Of a stretch of DNA of 64,000 nucleotides, positions 1 through 11,365 are shown one piece after another. The notes below the pieces were generated by a model that saw only the letters and a list, made by a program, of their open reading frames with translations, was not told the origin of the DNA and did no database searches. Location of the stretch: assembly GCA_016872555.1 (NCBI GenBank), contig VGZO01000007.1:38897-102896 (forward strand), read 5' to 3'. Every line of letters starts with the position of its first letter. The first letter of the stretch is position 1. The translations under genes were made by a program, and so were the position numbers. Origin of the DNA: Planctomycetota bacterium (GTDB lineage: Bacteria; Planctomycetota; Planctomycetia; Pirellulales; UBA1268).

Positions 1-984
1 CACTCCGGGAGCAGTTGGGGCCGGCGTCGATGGCAGCGTCGATGGGACAGGGCTGGATGGCGTCACCGGAACGGGGGGTTTGCCGGCATCACGGGTCGTT
101 CCCACCGGGGGGGAGGTGCCGGACAGCTCCGGGATGGGCCGCAGTGCCGGGGTCGGGGTCAGTGCCGCAGGCGCCGTCGGCTGCGGCATGAGCGCCCCTC
201 CCTGGGGGACGGCGAACGTTCCCGACTGCGGCACGATCTGCGGCTGGAACGTCGGCGGCGGGACCGCCGGCACCGTGGCGCCGGGAGACAACGCGGAGGG
301 AGTCAGCGCCGGCGCGGCGATGCTCGACTGTCCGGGAATGAGTTGATTGGGGATGTCCGCGCCGGCCGATCCCCAAGCTTGCGGCGAGGTCTGCAACGGC
401 GCCGCAAACGGACTCACGGCGGCGCCCGCCGGCCCTGGCACCACGGTCGACGAGGGCACGGTTCCCGGCACCGGCTGTGACACCATCGGTTGGGTCCCGA
501 TCGGTTGGCCCGTGCCCGGCTGGACTTGGACGTACTTCGTCGAATACACCGCCCGGTATTGGGTGACCGGAACGTTGACGGCCTGTTGGACGTATTGCGT
601 GACCTCCTGCATGCACTCCCGGGGGCATCCGGTGCAGGGATCGATCTCGGTCGACGGCTTGTAGGTGGTCACGGGAACGCACTGGTACTGCGTCCGGTAC
701 GTCGTCTCCGGCACGTAGCTGACCTGTTGGACCGGCACCATCATCGGCGGAGTGGGCGCGGGTACGGGCACCGGAGCGACCGCGTAAGGCTGGGGCGCCA
801 TCATCGCGGGAGCCGCGACCGGGGCGACCGGGGCGACCGCGTACGCGACCGGAGCCCGGCGGAAGCAACTCGCACACCCGGCGAACAAGTCGTTGAGGCA
901 GCACTGGGCGAGCGCGGTCGGGGCCTCTGTCGACCAGACCACGATCCCCACTGCCAGCGCACCAGCGAAACGTCGGGCGTTCAT
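1..984 (-). CDS. secreted Cys/Tyr/Pro-rich hypothetical protein, partial (3' end beyond window start)
   Basis: Absent from the ORF track because it has no stop in the window. I read the minus strand from ATG 984-982 (GAGGAG 6 nt upstream) and found no stop codon down to base 1 (328 codons). N-terminus MNARRFAGALAVGIVVWSTEAPTALAQ is signal-peptide-like. It is followed by CCLNDLFAGCASCF, Y-x-V-rich segments (TTYRTQYQCVPVTTYKP, VTQYRAVYSTKYVQVQ) and a P/A/T-rich tail. Codon position 3 is strongly G/C. Confidence 0.75.
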   Translation of the reverse strand, partial: MNARRFAGALAVGIVVWSTEAPTALAQCCLNDLFAGCASCFRRAPVAYAVAPVAPVAAPAMMAPQPYAVAPVPVPAPTPPMMVPVQQVSYVPETTYRTQYQCVPVTTYKPSTEIDPCTGCPRECMQEVTQYVQQAVNVPVTQYRAVYSTKYVQVQPGTGQPIGTQPMVSQPVPGTVPSSTVVPGPAGAAVSPFAAPLQTSPQAWGSAGADIPNQLIPGQSSIAAPALTPSALSPGATVPAVPPPTFQPQIVPQSGTFAVPQGGALMPQPTAPAALTPTPALRPIPELSGTSPPVGTTRDAGKPPVPVTPSSPVPSTLPSTPAPTAPGV

Positions 985-1324
985 CGAAGGCTCCTCGTGA
1001 GGCGACCCATGGACGGTGGTCCAGGATCACGCATCTCCAAGAGCCTAGGTTGGTTTCCCGGTCGATCGCGGCGAAAAGTGATTCGCTGGAAGCCCAGTTT
1101 CTTTTTTCACCACGGCACGACCCGCGCGACCGGCACGACCGGCACGACGTGCCCGACGGCACGTCCCGGAGCCGGTCATGGCGAGCCGTCTGATCCAGGG
1201 GCAAGCGCGGGTTTTCCGCGTCGAATCACGACCACACGGCCCACAGGTCTGCCCCGGAGGCGCGAGTCTGCGTGGCCATCCGCCGGAAATCCCGAGCGCC
1301 CGCACAGCGGATCGGCCGGGCCGC

Positions 1325-1612
1325 TCACGCCGGCGGCGGATCGCCGGGGGCAAGCGCCGCGGCACCGGCCTCGCGTGCGAATCCGATCCGCTCGAGCGAG
1401 CGGTAGACCTCTTCCAGCGTCTTCTCGCCGAAATTGGCGATCGACAGCAGGTCCGCACGCGTGCACTGCAACAGATCCTGGACCGTGAAGATGCCTCGCT
1501 CTTCGAGGCAGTTGGTCGTCCTCACCGACAGACCGATCTCCGCCGTGCTCATCTCCAATCGCTCCGCCATCGCGTTGGAACGAGTGAGATTCGTGAATGG
1601 AATGCGCGGCAT
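1325..1612 (-). CDS. stand-alone RNA polymerase alpha-subunit C-terminal-domain-like protein
   Basis: ORF 1325..1729; I prefer the internal ATG at 1612 (MPRIPF...). LEMSTAEIGLSVRTTNCLEERGIFTVQDLLQCTRADLLSIANFGEKTLEEVYRSL matches the helix-hairpin-helix alpha-CTD pattern (L.LSVR..NCL....I.TV.DL......LL...NFG.KSL.E). No alpha N-terminal domain is present. Confidence 0.8.
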   Translation of the reverse strand: MPRIPFTNLTRSNAMAERLEMSTAEIGLSVRTTNCLEERGIFTVQDLLQCTRADLLSIANFGEKTLEEVYRSLERIGFAREAGAAALAPGDPPPA

Positions 1613-1860
1613 GGGTTCCCTCCCGTGCGCCCGACAGCGTCGCCCGTGTATCCGGCGGTGGCAGCCACGAACCGTTTCGCCGTGTCGATCGGCTTCGATC
1701 AGCACTGCGTCACCGATCCATCCCGCCACGCCCCGGCCCGTATACTAAGTGATCGCGGTTCCCGCCGCCTACGCCCGTCGCCACACGAAACGACGCAAAC
1801 GCCCCGCCTCTCTGCGCTCTCCGAAGCGCCCCAGTTTCCCCAGACGCCCAGCCTCCGGAC

Positions 1861-4257
1861 ATGAACCCGCTGCCCGCCCCGTTGGATCGACTCCTCACGG
1901 GGCTCAACGAGTCCCAGCGGCAGGCGGTCACGCACGTCGCCGGACCGTTGCTGGTGCTCGCCGGCCCGGGGAGCGGAAAAACCCGTGTCGTCACCACGCG
2001 AATCGCGCACTTGATCCACAGTGGCGTGCCGCCGCAGAACATCGTCGCGCTGTCGTTCACAAACAAGGCCGCCGATGAGATGCGACGCCGCTTGACGGCT
2101 CTCGTCGGTCCGCAGCCCGTGGAGATGGGTACCTTCCATCGATTCGCCGCCCGGTTGCTGCGCCGTCACGCCCGCCTCGTCGGCCTGTCGGCCGATTTCT
2201 CGATCTTCGATCCCGACGATGCGGCGGCGGTTCTCAAAAAGGCGGCACGGGCGAGCGGCCTGACCCTCACCCACACGCCGATCGATCGCCTGGCCGGCAT
2301 CATCAGCCGCGCGAAGAACGACCTTCTCACCCCGGAGACCTTCTCACCCCGCTGGGGCCGCCCTGCGGAGGAAACGGCGCGCCGTCTCTGGCCGATCTAC
2401 CAACGCCTGTTGCTCGAGTCCGACGCCGTCGATTTCGACGACCTGCTGCTCCACCTCGCGACCATCCTCGGCGACCATCCTGAGCTCCGCGCCCGCCTCG
2501 ATGCCCGGCATCGCTGGATCCTCGTCGACGAGTACCAGGACACCAACGCGGTGCAGTACGCAATCGTCCGGGCGCTTTCGATCGACTACCCCAATCTCGC
2601 GGTCACGGGGGACCCCGACCAGGCGATCTACGGGTGGCGCGGAGCCAGTATCCGCAACATCCTCGAATTCGAGCGCGACTACCCGGCGGCGAAGATCGTC
2701 GCCCTCGAGGCGAACTACCGGAGCACGGCCAATATCCTCGCCACGGCCGATCGCCTCATCCACAACAACACCAAACGCAAGCCGAAGCGGTTGGCCACCG
2801 CCGCCGGCCCCGGCGCCCCGGTGCGGATCGTGATCGACGACGATGGCCGGCTGGAAGCGGAGCGGATCGCCCACGAGATTGCCGACAGTGTCGCCAACGG
2901 CCGACGATCCCCGGGGAACTTCGTCATCCTTTTCCGGACCAGCGCCCTGTCGCGGATGTTCGAGATCTCGCTCCGACGTCTCGGGGTTCCGTATCAACTC
3001 GTGCGCGGTGTCGAGTTCTTCAAGCGGCGCGAGATCCGCGATGTCCTCGCGTGGCTGCGGATGCTGCGCAATCCCCGTGACGAGGAGGCGGTGCTCCGGG
3101 CGCTGCAGGCGCCGCCACGGGGGCTCGGCAAGGTGACCCTCGATCGGATCCACACGTGGGCCGCGGAGCGACGCCTGACGCTACTCGAAGCGCTGCGCGA
3201 GGCCGATCGCATCGGCCTGTCGTCCCGACGCGCCGTGGCCGCCGCAGCGGCGTTCGTCGGGATCCACGACGCCCTCTCCGCCCCGGCACCGGGTGTCGCC
3301 GATCTGCTCGAGCGACTCCTGCAACAGTCCGGTCTACAAGAGTGGCTTGGGCAGGATGATGTCGGCGAAGATGAAGATCGCCTCGCGAACGTCGAGGAGC
3401 TCGTCACGGCCGCACGACAGTTCGACGCCGAATGGGCGCGCCCCGGGAATCCCGACGATGATCCGCTGTCGGCGTTTCTCGACTCGACCGTCCTCGTGTC
3501 CGACACCGATGCCTGGGATTCCAGTGGCGAGCGCGTCTCCCTGATGACGTTCCATGCCGCGAAGGGTCTCGAGTTCCCGGTCGTCTACATGGTAGCGCTC
3601 GAGGACGGGATCCTGCCCCATGAGCGGAGCATCGATCGGGACGACAGCCTCGAAGAGGAGCGCCGCTTGGCATTCGTCGGAATCACCCGGGCGAAGGAGG
3701 AGGTACACGCCAGTTGCGTCCGCGTCCGCGACTACCGCGGTGGCCGACGATTGGTCGTTCCCAGCATGTTCCTGGCGGAAATGGTCGGCACCGAGACGAG
3801 CGTCATGGCGGCCGATGGCACGCTGCTCCCCGGGTTCGGCGTACACCGCTCGGCCGACGATGATGACGCCCACCACGGCGCGATGGACCAGACGACATGG
3901 TCGGGGCGCGAAGCGCCGCCCCTGCGGCGTGACGACGGGCTGACGTTCCAGCCTGAAGATGCCACCGAAGACACGGCTCCGCTCGGGGGCGCGCCCCGGG
4001 CGGGAAACGGTTCATCGGTACGGCGTGGGGGTCTCGCCCTGCCGACCCCCCCACCCGCACCTCTGACGATCGGCCAGCAGGTTCACCATCCTGAACATGG
4101 TGTCGGCCGGGTCTGCACGATCAGCGGGGCTGGCCCACGGGCCGTGGCGACCGTCATGTTCGACGGTCAGTCCTCGCCGCGTGCGTTCATCATCGGCCAC
4201 GGCAGCATCGTGCCCGTCGACAGCTGCCGGACGGACACCCCGGACACGCCGCCTTGA
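1861..4257 (+). CDS. pcrA: ATP-dependent DNA helicase, UvrD/PcrA family
   Basis: 798 aa. Walker A is AGPGSGKTRV; also DEYQDTN, TGDPDQAIYGWRGA, SF1 motifs, and a C-terminal Tudor-like tail (HHPEHGVGRV...). Confidence 0.93.
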   Translation: MNPLPAPLDRLLTGLNESQRQAVTHVAGPLLVLAGPGSGKTRVVTTRIAHLIHSGVPPQNIVALSFTNKAADEMRRRLTALVGPQPVEMGTFHRFAARLLRRHARLVGLSADFSIFDPDDAAAVLKKAARASGLTLTHTPIDRLAGIISRAKNDLLTPETFSPRWGRPAEETARRLWPIYQRLLLESDAVDFDDLLLHLATILGDHPELRARLDARHRWILVDEYQDTNAVQYAIVRALSIDYPNLAVTGDPDQAIYGWRGASIRNILEFERDYPAAKIVALEANYRSTANILATADRLIHNNTKRKPKRLATAAGPGAPVRIVIDDDGRLEAERIAHEIADSVANGRRSPGNFVILFRTSALSRMFEISLRRLGVPYQLVRGVEFFKRREIRDVLAWLRMLRNPRDEEAVLRALQAPPRGLGKVTLDRIHTWAAERRLTLLEALREADRIGLSSRRAVAAAAAFVGIHDALSAPAPGVADLLERLLQQSGLQEWLGQDDVGEDEDRLANVEELVTAARQFDAEWARPGNPDDDPLSAFLDSTVLVSDTDAWDSSGERVSLMTFHAAKGLEFPVVYMVALEDGILPHERSIDRDDSLEEERRLAFVGITRAKEEVHASCVRVRDYRGGRRLVVPSMFLAEMVGTETSVMAADGTLLPGFGVHRSADDDDAHHGAMDQTTWSGREAPPLRRDDGLTFQPEDATEDTAPLGGAPRAGNGSSVRRGGLALPTPPPAPLTIGQQVHHPEHGVGRVCTISGAGPRAVATVMFDGQSSPRAFIIGHGSIVPVDSCRTDTPDTPP

Positions 4258-4282
4258 CCCCGAGTCCGCGGCGCCCCGGTCA

Positions 4283-5266
4283 TCACTCGGCCGAACCATG
4301 TTCCCGCCACCAGCGCACGGTGGCGGCGAGGCCCCGATCGAAATCCTGTTTCGGCCGCCAGCCAAGGAGCTCCTCTGCCCGGGAGATGTCGAGCGCACGC
4401 CGCGGTTGACCGTTCGGCTTCGTGGCATCCCAAACGATTCGCCCCGTATACCCGCACACGGCAGCGACTTTCGTCACCAGATCCCGGATCGAGATCTCCG
4501 TGCCACCCCCGAGATTGATGGGAATCGGTTCTTCGATGATCTCTGCCGCTGTGACGATCGCCTCGGCAGCATCATCTACGAAGAGAAACTCACGGGTCGC
4601 ATCGCCGGTGCCCCAGCAGACGATCTCATCGGCGCCGGCGACTCGCGCCTCCTCGCATTTACGGATCAGGGCCGGAATGACGTGGCTGGTCGAGGGATCG
4701 AAGTTGTCCCACGGTCCGTACAGATTCACCGGGACAACCACGGTCCCACGCATCCCGTACTGCCTACGGTAGCCGTCGAGCATGACGAAGATTGCTTTCT
4801 TCGCGATCCCGTAAGGAGCGTTCGTCTCCTCCGGATACCCGTCCCAAATCGTCTCCTCGCGAAATGGGATCGGGCAGTACTTCGGATAGGCACAGACGGT
4901 TCCGGTATGGACGAATTGCTCGACGTCATGACGGCGGGCATGCTCGACCAGATGCATGCCCATTGACATGTTGGCGAAGAAAAACCGCCCTGGCTCGGCC
5001 ATGTTCGCGCCGATTCCACCGACCTCGGCAGCCAGATGGATCACCACCTGGGGGCGTGCCGTCGCATACAGCCGCTCGACGTCGCTCTCGAGCGTCAGGT
5101 TGAACTCCCGACGGCGCGGCACGAACAGCCGGGTATCGCTGACACCTCGCTGTCGCAGGACGCGGCATACGGCCCGCCCGAGAAAACCGGCACCACCGGT
5201 GACGACGACACGTTTCTCGGCCAGATCGATCCGCGACACACTCAGCACTCCCCGCTCCGCCCCCAC
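4283..5266 (-). CDS. fcl: GDP-L-fucose synthase (GDP-4-keto-6-deoxymannose 3,5-epimerase/4-reductase)
   Basis: 327 aa. Rossmann motif VTGGAGFLG; LYGPWDNFDPSTSHVIPALIRK, WGTGDATREFLFVDD and KPNGQPRRALD are typical of Fcl/WcaG. Lies directly downstream of gmd. Confidence 0.88.
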   Translation of the reverse strand: MGAERGVLSVSRIDLAEKRVVVTGGAGFLGRAVCRVLRQRGVSDTRLFVPRRREFNLTLESDVERLYATARPQVVIHLAAEVGGIGANMAEPGRFFFANMSMGMHLVEHARRHDVEQFVHTGTVCAYPKYCPIPFREETIWDGYPEETNAPYGIAKKAIFVMLDGYRRQYGMRGTVVVPVNLYGPWDNFDPSTSHVIPALIRKCEEARVAGADEIVCWGTGDATREFLFVDDAAEAIVTAAEIIEEPIPINLGGGTEISIRDLVTKVAAVCGYTGRIVWDATKPNGQPRRALDISRAEELLGWRPKQDFDRGLAATVRWWREHGSAE

Positions 5267-5294
5267 CAGTACGACGCTCGTCGTCCGACACAGA

Positions 5295-6422
<1,128 letters not shown>

Positions 6423-6503
6423 TCACCCGATTTTCGCCGACGCACCACGATCGAGCCCAACGGGCCTCGACCACCGGGCTGGACCGACGATGGGCGAACC
6501 CAG

Positions 6504-7286
6504 TCACCCCCCGCCGCCAGCCGCTGTCGCGCCGCTCCCATGCGGAATGCCGGCATCCGCGGAGCGAACCACAGATCCGGTTGCCGTCGACTCGGCGGTT
6601 GAATCAGCGGGCTTCGTGTCAAGACGCTCCGCGACCGCACGGTCGAATGCAGGCAGCATCACCGACAGAAACTCCCGGCAGATTCCGCTCGACTGCGGCG
6701 CACTGACCGCGGTCTGATCGATGATCGCATACAGCTTGTACACCGCTGCCGTGCCGGCAAGTTCGATCCGCGCGATCTGCGGAGCAAGCCATTCGCCACG
6801 CACTCCATAGGTCCAATACACCCGGATGGTCTGGCCGGTCTTCCGAAACGTGCCCACGAACGCCTCCGCACGCCGGCCGTCTTCGAGGGTGATCGTCTCG
6901 CGGTGCTCCGTCTCCGCGATCTCGAACCCCGCGGCGGGGTAGCAGCGATCAGGGGTGTGCCCCGAGGCATCGTGGGGCGTTGCACAAATCACGAAGGCCG
7001 CGACTTTCGCGCCGGTGTCGTTGTTTTGATAGAGCCGCGAAACATGTCCGACGGCACCGGCGCGCTCCAGCTGCTCCTGACTCGACTCGACGTCGTCGAC
7101 ATACTTCCAAGGCCCAATCTCGGCGGGAAAGGCCTCCTCGAGGATCATCGCGCTGACCTTCAACTCACCGGCGATATCGCGATCCGACCAGCGCTCGGTC
7201 CAAACACCCTGGACCGCGGTGACGACGGCCACGAATGCGGCGGCGATGACCAACGGGATCACGGCTCTTGCCCGTTCGTTGAACAT
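6504..7286 (-). CDS. epsI: exosortase-associated EpsI family protein
   Basis: 260 aa with a single N-terminal TM (VIPLVIAAAFVAVVTAV). Conserved EpsI core HTPDRCYPAAGFE (H-x-P-x-x-C-x-x-x-x-G). Located in the exosortase operon. Confidence 0.8.
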   Translation of the reverse strand: MFNERARAVIPLVIAAAFVAVVTAVQGVWTERWSDRDIAGELKVSAMILEEAFPAEIGPWKYVDDVESSQEQLERAGAVGHVSRLYQNNDTGAKVAAFVICATPHDASGHTPDRCYPAAGFEIAETEHRETITLEDGRRAEAFVGTFRKTGQTIRVYWTYGVRGEWLAPQIARIELAGTAAVYKLYAIIDQTAVSAPQSSGICREFLSVMLPAFDRAVAERLDTKPADSTAESTATGSVVRSADAGIPHGSGATAAGGGG

Positions 7287-7343
7287 CTCCCGGTCTCCGG
7301 TAGGCGGGTGGTCGAGGTATCAGCCTTCGAACCGCGGTCGGTA

Positions 7344-9662
7344 TCAACGCAGAGCCTGGGTGTAGTTCCGCCTACTTTTCCCGAGGGCGACGCCGTGCAT
7401 GACGCAGCCGAGCACCGTGATCCCCACCGACCGGAGCCGACTGATCGAAGCGGTCAGATTCGGAACGCTCGTCACGTCGCGCATCACCGACACGACAGCG
7501 ACATCGGCCTGCTGACCGAGAAGCAGCGCGTCGGCCAATTCGATACACGGCCCTGAGTCGATGACCACGTGGTCGAAGGCATCGCGGTACTTACCAAGGA
7601 TCGTTTTCAGTTGCGGTCTGGACAAGGCGAGGATCGATTCCGTGTCACACCCGCCTGCCGTCACGGTGAACAGTCCGTCGATCTCGGTAGGCTGAATCAC
7701 CTCGTCGTTGCCGCACTCGCCCCGCAGGACCTCGGAGAGGCCGGTCCCGAGATCGATCTGGACGATCGAGTGGACCGAGGGATGCCGAAGGTCGCCATCG
7801 ATGAGCAACGTCCGCTTGCCCGACCGGGCGATGCTCGCCGCCAACTGGGCGGCAAGCGTGGTCTTCCCCTCGTGTTCACCGGAGCTCGTGACCAGGATCA
7901 TCTTGGCCGCATCCCGCCCCGCCTGCATCGTCAGGGTACGGATCGTGTCGATCGACTCCATGAAGCGGCCGACATCGGTCGGTGCACGCTTCGATCCGCG
8001 CCGACGCAAACGCGGCAGCGTGCCCAGCAGCCGCACACCGACGCGATTCGGGATCTCTTCGGGGTAGCTCAGTCGATCGCGAAGCAGCTCCGTGCCGATC
8101 GTGAGACCGACTCCGGTGGCGAATGCGAGCACGCCCGACAGTCCGGCGAGGACTGCACGGGAGACGTCGCTCGACGACTGCGGCACCGACGCCGGCTCGA
8201 GGAGGCGGACACGGGAGGGCATGTTGATGTCGACGCTCGACGCCTCGAGTTGCTTGCCCAAGAGACCGGTCACCTGCTCCAACTGGTCGATCTCACCCCG
8301 CCGCAGTTCCAGATCGGAGTTGGCGCGGCCGATCAGCAGCAGTTCCTCGGAGAGCTTCTGGTACTCGTTCCGGCTCTCCTCGAGAATCTTCTCGATCACC
8401 GCACGTCGGACCCTGAGCACGGCGGGGCTGACGGCGGCCTGACCCGGATTTCCGACGTTGCTCCGCAACTGCCTCGCGACCTGGGGCCGCAACTCGGCTC
8501 GCACTTCGTTGAGCTGCCGTACCGCCGATTGGTACTGATCCCGGAGCCGCCGGACCGATGGCTCGCTCAAACCACGGGCACTTCTCGCCATTTGCTCCGA
8601 GAGCGCCTGCCCGAGCGACCGGATCCGCTCCTTGACCTCTGCCACGGCGGGATCGCGATCGATGACGGCCTCGACCGCGTCGTCGCCCCTGTCTTCCGCG
8701 GAATCGTTCTCGGAGTCGAGCCCGTCGGCAATTGCCAACTCAGTGTCGATCCGCGATAGGTCATTCTCGGCATTCTCGACATCGGCCCGAATACCCGCCA
8801 ACTGATCCATCAAGAGGGCACGGTTGGTCGTGACTTCAGAACTCGAAAGGGAATTGGTCGTCCTGGCGATCTCGTAGAACTTCTCCTTGCGGCTGCGCAA
8901 CTCCGACTGACTCTCCTTGAATTTCTTCTCCAATTGATCCCGCTTCGCCAACCGGTCGGCGCGATCTTTGTTGACGATGTCGTCGAGGTAGCTCTCCGTG
9001 ACCGCGTTGAGGATCTTCGCCGTGTCCTCAGCGATCGGCCCTCGCAAGCGGAGGGTCACGACCTCCGACTCCTGAGGTGCCGACATGAGGATGTTCTTGG
9101 CCAGCCAGTCTGACGGATCGTCCTGCTCCTTGATCGTGGGCAGATCGGCAACACCGGGACGCCGCAGTGCGGAGTTCAAAACGAACGGGCTCTTGAGCAA
9201 CTGCATCTGGGTCTTGCGGTACTGATCCTGGACACCCGCGACCGGGCCCAGCATGCCCTGCTCCGAGCGCATCTGCAGCCAGACGACCGCTTCATAGCCC
9301 TTCGGCAGCAGGAACCATGTCGGCACCGCCACCAGCGGCGCCAGCAACGAGCCGATCAAGAGAGCCGGCAACCAACGTCGCCGGACCGCATGCAGCAACC
9401 GCCGGGCGTCGAACCCCGGCGGACCTTCGGCACTCGGGGGGACCGCGACCGTTTGGTAGTCGGGAAACGGCACGAGAGGCGTGTCGCCCCTGATCGTCAA
9501 ACCCCCGACCGACGGAGACGGGACAGCCCCAGCCGGAGTCGCTGCGAACCCGCCGTCGGCTTCGGACGCGGTCATGCCCGTCCACTCCTCTCGATGAAAC
9601 CCGCTGCCCCTCGAAACGATTCGAGCAGACGGCTCGACCAACCGCTCCCCGGCATCACCCAC
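7344..9662 (-). CDS. polysaccharide co-polymerase / tyrosine autokinase-like protein (GumC/Wzc/EpsG type)
   Basis: 772 aa with two TM segments flanking a long coiled-coil chain-length-determinant region. C-terminal P-loop ATPase has SSGEHEGKTT (Walker A), LLIDGDLRHP (A') and VVIDSGP (B). No Tyr-rich C-terminal tail is visible. Confidence 0.88.
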   Translation of the reverse strand: MGDAGERLVEPSARIVSRGSGFHREEWTGMTASEADGGFAATPAGAVPSPSVGGLTIRGDTPLVPFPDYQTVAVPPSAEGPPGFDARRLLHAVRRRWLPALLIGSLLAPLVAVPTWFLLPKGYEAVVWLQMRSEQGMLGPVAGVQDQYRKTQMQLLKSPFVLNSALRRPGVADLPTIKEQDDPSDWLAKNILMSAPQESEVVTLRLRGPIAEDTAKILNAVTESYLDDIVNKDRADRLAKRDQLEKKFKESQSELRSRKEKFYEIARTTNSLSSSEVTTNRALLMDQLAGIRADVENAENDLSRIDTELAIADGLDSENDSAEDRGDDAVEAVIDRDPAVAEVKERIRSLGQALSEQMARSARGLSEPSVRRLRDQYQSAVRQLNEVRAELRPQVARQLRSNVGNPGQAAVSPAVLRVRRAVIEKILEESRNEYQKLSEELLLIGRANSDLELRRGEIDQLEQVTGLLGKQLEASSVDINMPSRVRLLEPASVPQSSSDVSRAVLAGLSGVLAFATGVGLTIGTELLRDRLSYPEEIPNRVGVRLLGTLPRLRRRGSKRAPTDVGRFMESIDTIRTLTMQAGRDAAKMILVTSSGEHEGKTTLAAQLAASIARSGKRTLLIDGDLRHPSVHSIVQIDLGTGLSEVLRGECGNDEVIQPTEIDGLFTVTAGGCDTESILALSRPQLKTILGKYRDAFDHVVIDSGPCIELADALLLGQQADVAVVSVMRDVTSVPNLTASISRLRSVGITVLGCVMHGVALGKSRRNYTQALR

Positions 9663-9780
9663 GCCGGTTCACAAAGCGGGACACGATCACGGCAAACGCA
9701 GCGACAGCAGCGGAAAGTCGGATGGTTGCGGCCGATCTTTTCCGCGGAATCCCTCGACCGAACCTGACCTGAGTATACCG

Positions 9781-11100
9781 TCAGATTCCGGGCAGCAAGC
9801 CGTCTCGCCGCCCACGGACGACATCGTTGGAATCATGTTTTTTCGATGTCTTGGGGGCGACTTCCGGCGAGCCACCACCACCTCGACGGAGACGCTCCGC
9901 CGTCGTGCCGTAGGGGGCAAACGGCTTGGTCTCCGTCTCGACTGCAAGCCGTGCCGTTGGCTGCGAAACCGGAAGCAGCCCATCCGACGACACACGTCGA
10001 CCGGCGGTGGCCGCCGACGTCTGCAAGCCGATCGCAATCATTTCGGCCTCGTCCTCCACGACCATCAGTTTCGCGAGCAGATACTGCTCTCCGTACAGCA
10101 TCGCCAAGGCCATCGGCATCATGAACCAGCCGGCGAGGTCGTGAAAAACCATCTCGGCGATTTCTGACGTCGCGATCTGGTACAGCATCCCGGTGACGGT
10201 GATGCGGATGGAGTTGACGATCAATGCGATCGGGATCGCACTGGCGATGATAATCCCGTTCTCCCATGCCGGCCGGTCGCCGAGCATGACCAATGCCACC
10301 GACAACGCGATGAAGATCGTGAGCATTCGCAAGCCACTGCAGGCATCGACGACGCCAAGGTGCATCTCACCGATGACGATCTGGTTACCTTCCTGGAACG
10401 CCTCCAATCCGAACGTCTGCAGTGCGAACGTGCTCACCGTCGTCGCCAAGCCCTGCAACGGCCCGAGAAGGTAACGCGTTGCTTCGTCGGGCAACGGAAA
10501 CATGAAGATCAGGAACGCGATCGGCGCCCAGCCCCACCGCAAACCGCTCCAACCGCACGACAGCAGGAACGCCCCCGCGACGGCCGGCACGAAGGTGTAC
10601 ATGTCGATCGTGACGATGCGGAAGGAGGCAGCGCCGAGCCGAATGCCGAACGCCAACGCGAGCAGGGCCAAGCCCGCCAACCGCGCCGAATCGGTCACCG
10701 GCTCGAGCCGATCGCGCCACCACAGCAACATGCCGGCGGAGAACAGCGGCACGAGCCAGCCGTGCGAGTACTGGGCGTTGCTCCAACTGGCATGGGCGTT
10801 GAGCAAGCCGGGCCAGTAGGCGTAGATCATCAGGCCGACGAAGACCAGCATGGTCACCAGCGGACCGCGCTGGGCCGGTTCGCCAAGATCGCGGCGCAGA
10901 TTGCGGAGCCGACGCACCCAGCCTTCGAGCAGCCCTTCATCCTCGGCCTCAGGTCGGCCGACCACGCCGCCGGCCGATCCTTCCCGGGGCATCACGGCCA
11001 GCCCACCGGCGGAAGTCGGTGATTCGATCGAGGTGCGTTCTATGCCCTGACCAAAGGCATTGACCGTTCGATCCTTGGCTTTCGGCGTCAGCGGCAACAT
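9781..11100 (-). CDS. exosortase (EpsH/Xrt family transpeptidase)
   Basis: 439 aa, polytopic. Family motifs VVDACSGLRML (catalytic Cys), NSIRITVTG (Arg) and FHDLAGW (His). About 90-aa soluble extensions at both termini. Start uncertain (internal ATG at MPREGS...). Confidence 0.88.
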   Translation of the reverse strand: MLPLTPKAKDRTVNAFGQGIERTSIESPTSAGGLAVMPREGSAGGVVGRPEAEDEGLLEGWVRRLRNLRRDLGEPAQRGPLVTMLVFVGLMIYAYWPGLLNAHASWSNAQYSHGWLVPLFSAGMLLWWRDRLEPVTDSARLAGLALLALAFGIRLGAASFRIVTIDMYTFVPAVAGAFLLSCGWSGLRWGWAPIAFLIFMFPLPDEATRYLLGPLQGLATTVSTFALQTFGLEAFQEGNQIVIGEMHLGVVDACSGLRMLTIFIALSVALVMLGDRPAWENGIIIASAIPIALIVNSIRITVTGMLYQIATSEIAEMVFHDLAGWFMMPMALAMLYGEQYLLAKLMVVEDEAEMIAIGLQTSAATAGRRVSSDGLLPVSQPTARLAVETETKPFAPYGTTAERLRRGGGGSPEVAPKTSKKHDSNDVVRGRRDGLLPGI

Positions 11101-11365
11101 TGAGCAACCCGAGCGTGAAGACCCCTCTCGCCTGCCTGGCAGTCATCAGGGGGGCAGGACCGGGGATGCCGACGGGTCTGTCGGCGACTTGATCGCGGCC
11201 CTCGGCCCCTGTGCCAGACAAGCGCTTCCCTCACGCTCGCTGGCGAGATCGAAGTCTACACGGTCACGGAAGGGGGGGAAACGGTTTCGGTGAGTCCGCC
11301 CGGCGGCTGCCATCGGCTGGAGCGACACTGCCGGCGGCTGAACGCACCGCCGATCCGTACCGCTT

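Noticed and set aside
89-1488. Track ORFs 89..1204 (-) and 490..1488 (+)
   Set aside because: Both are Arg/Gly/Pro-rich. They are replaced by the third minus frame (1..984), which has an SD, a signal peptide and sensible composition.
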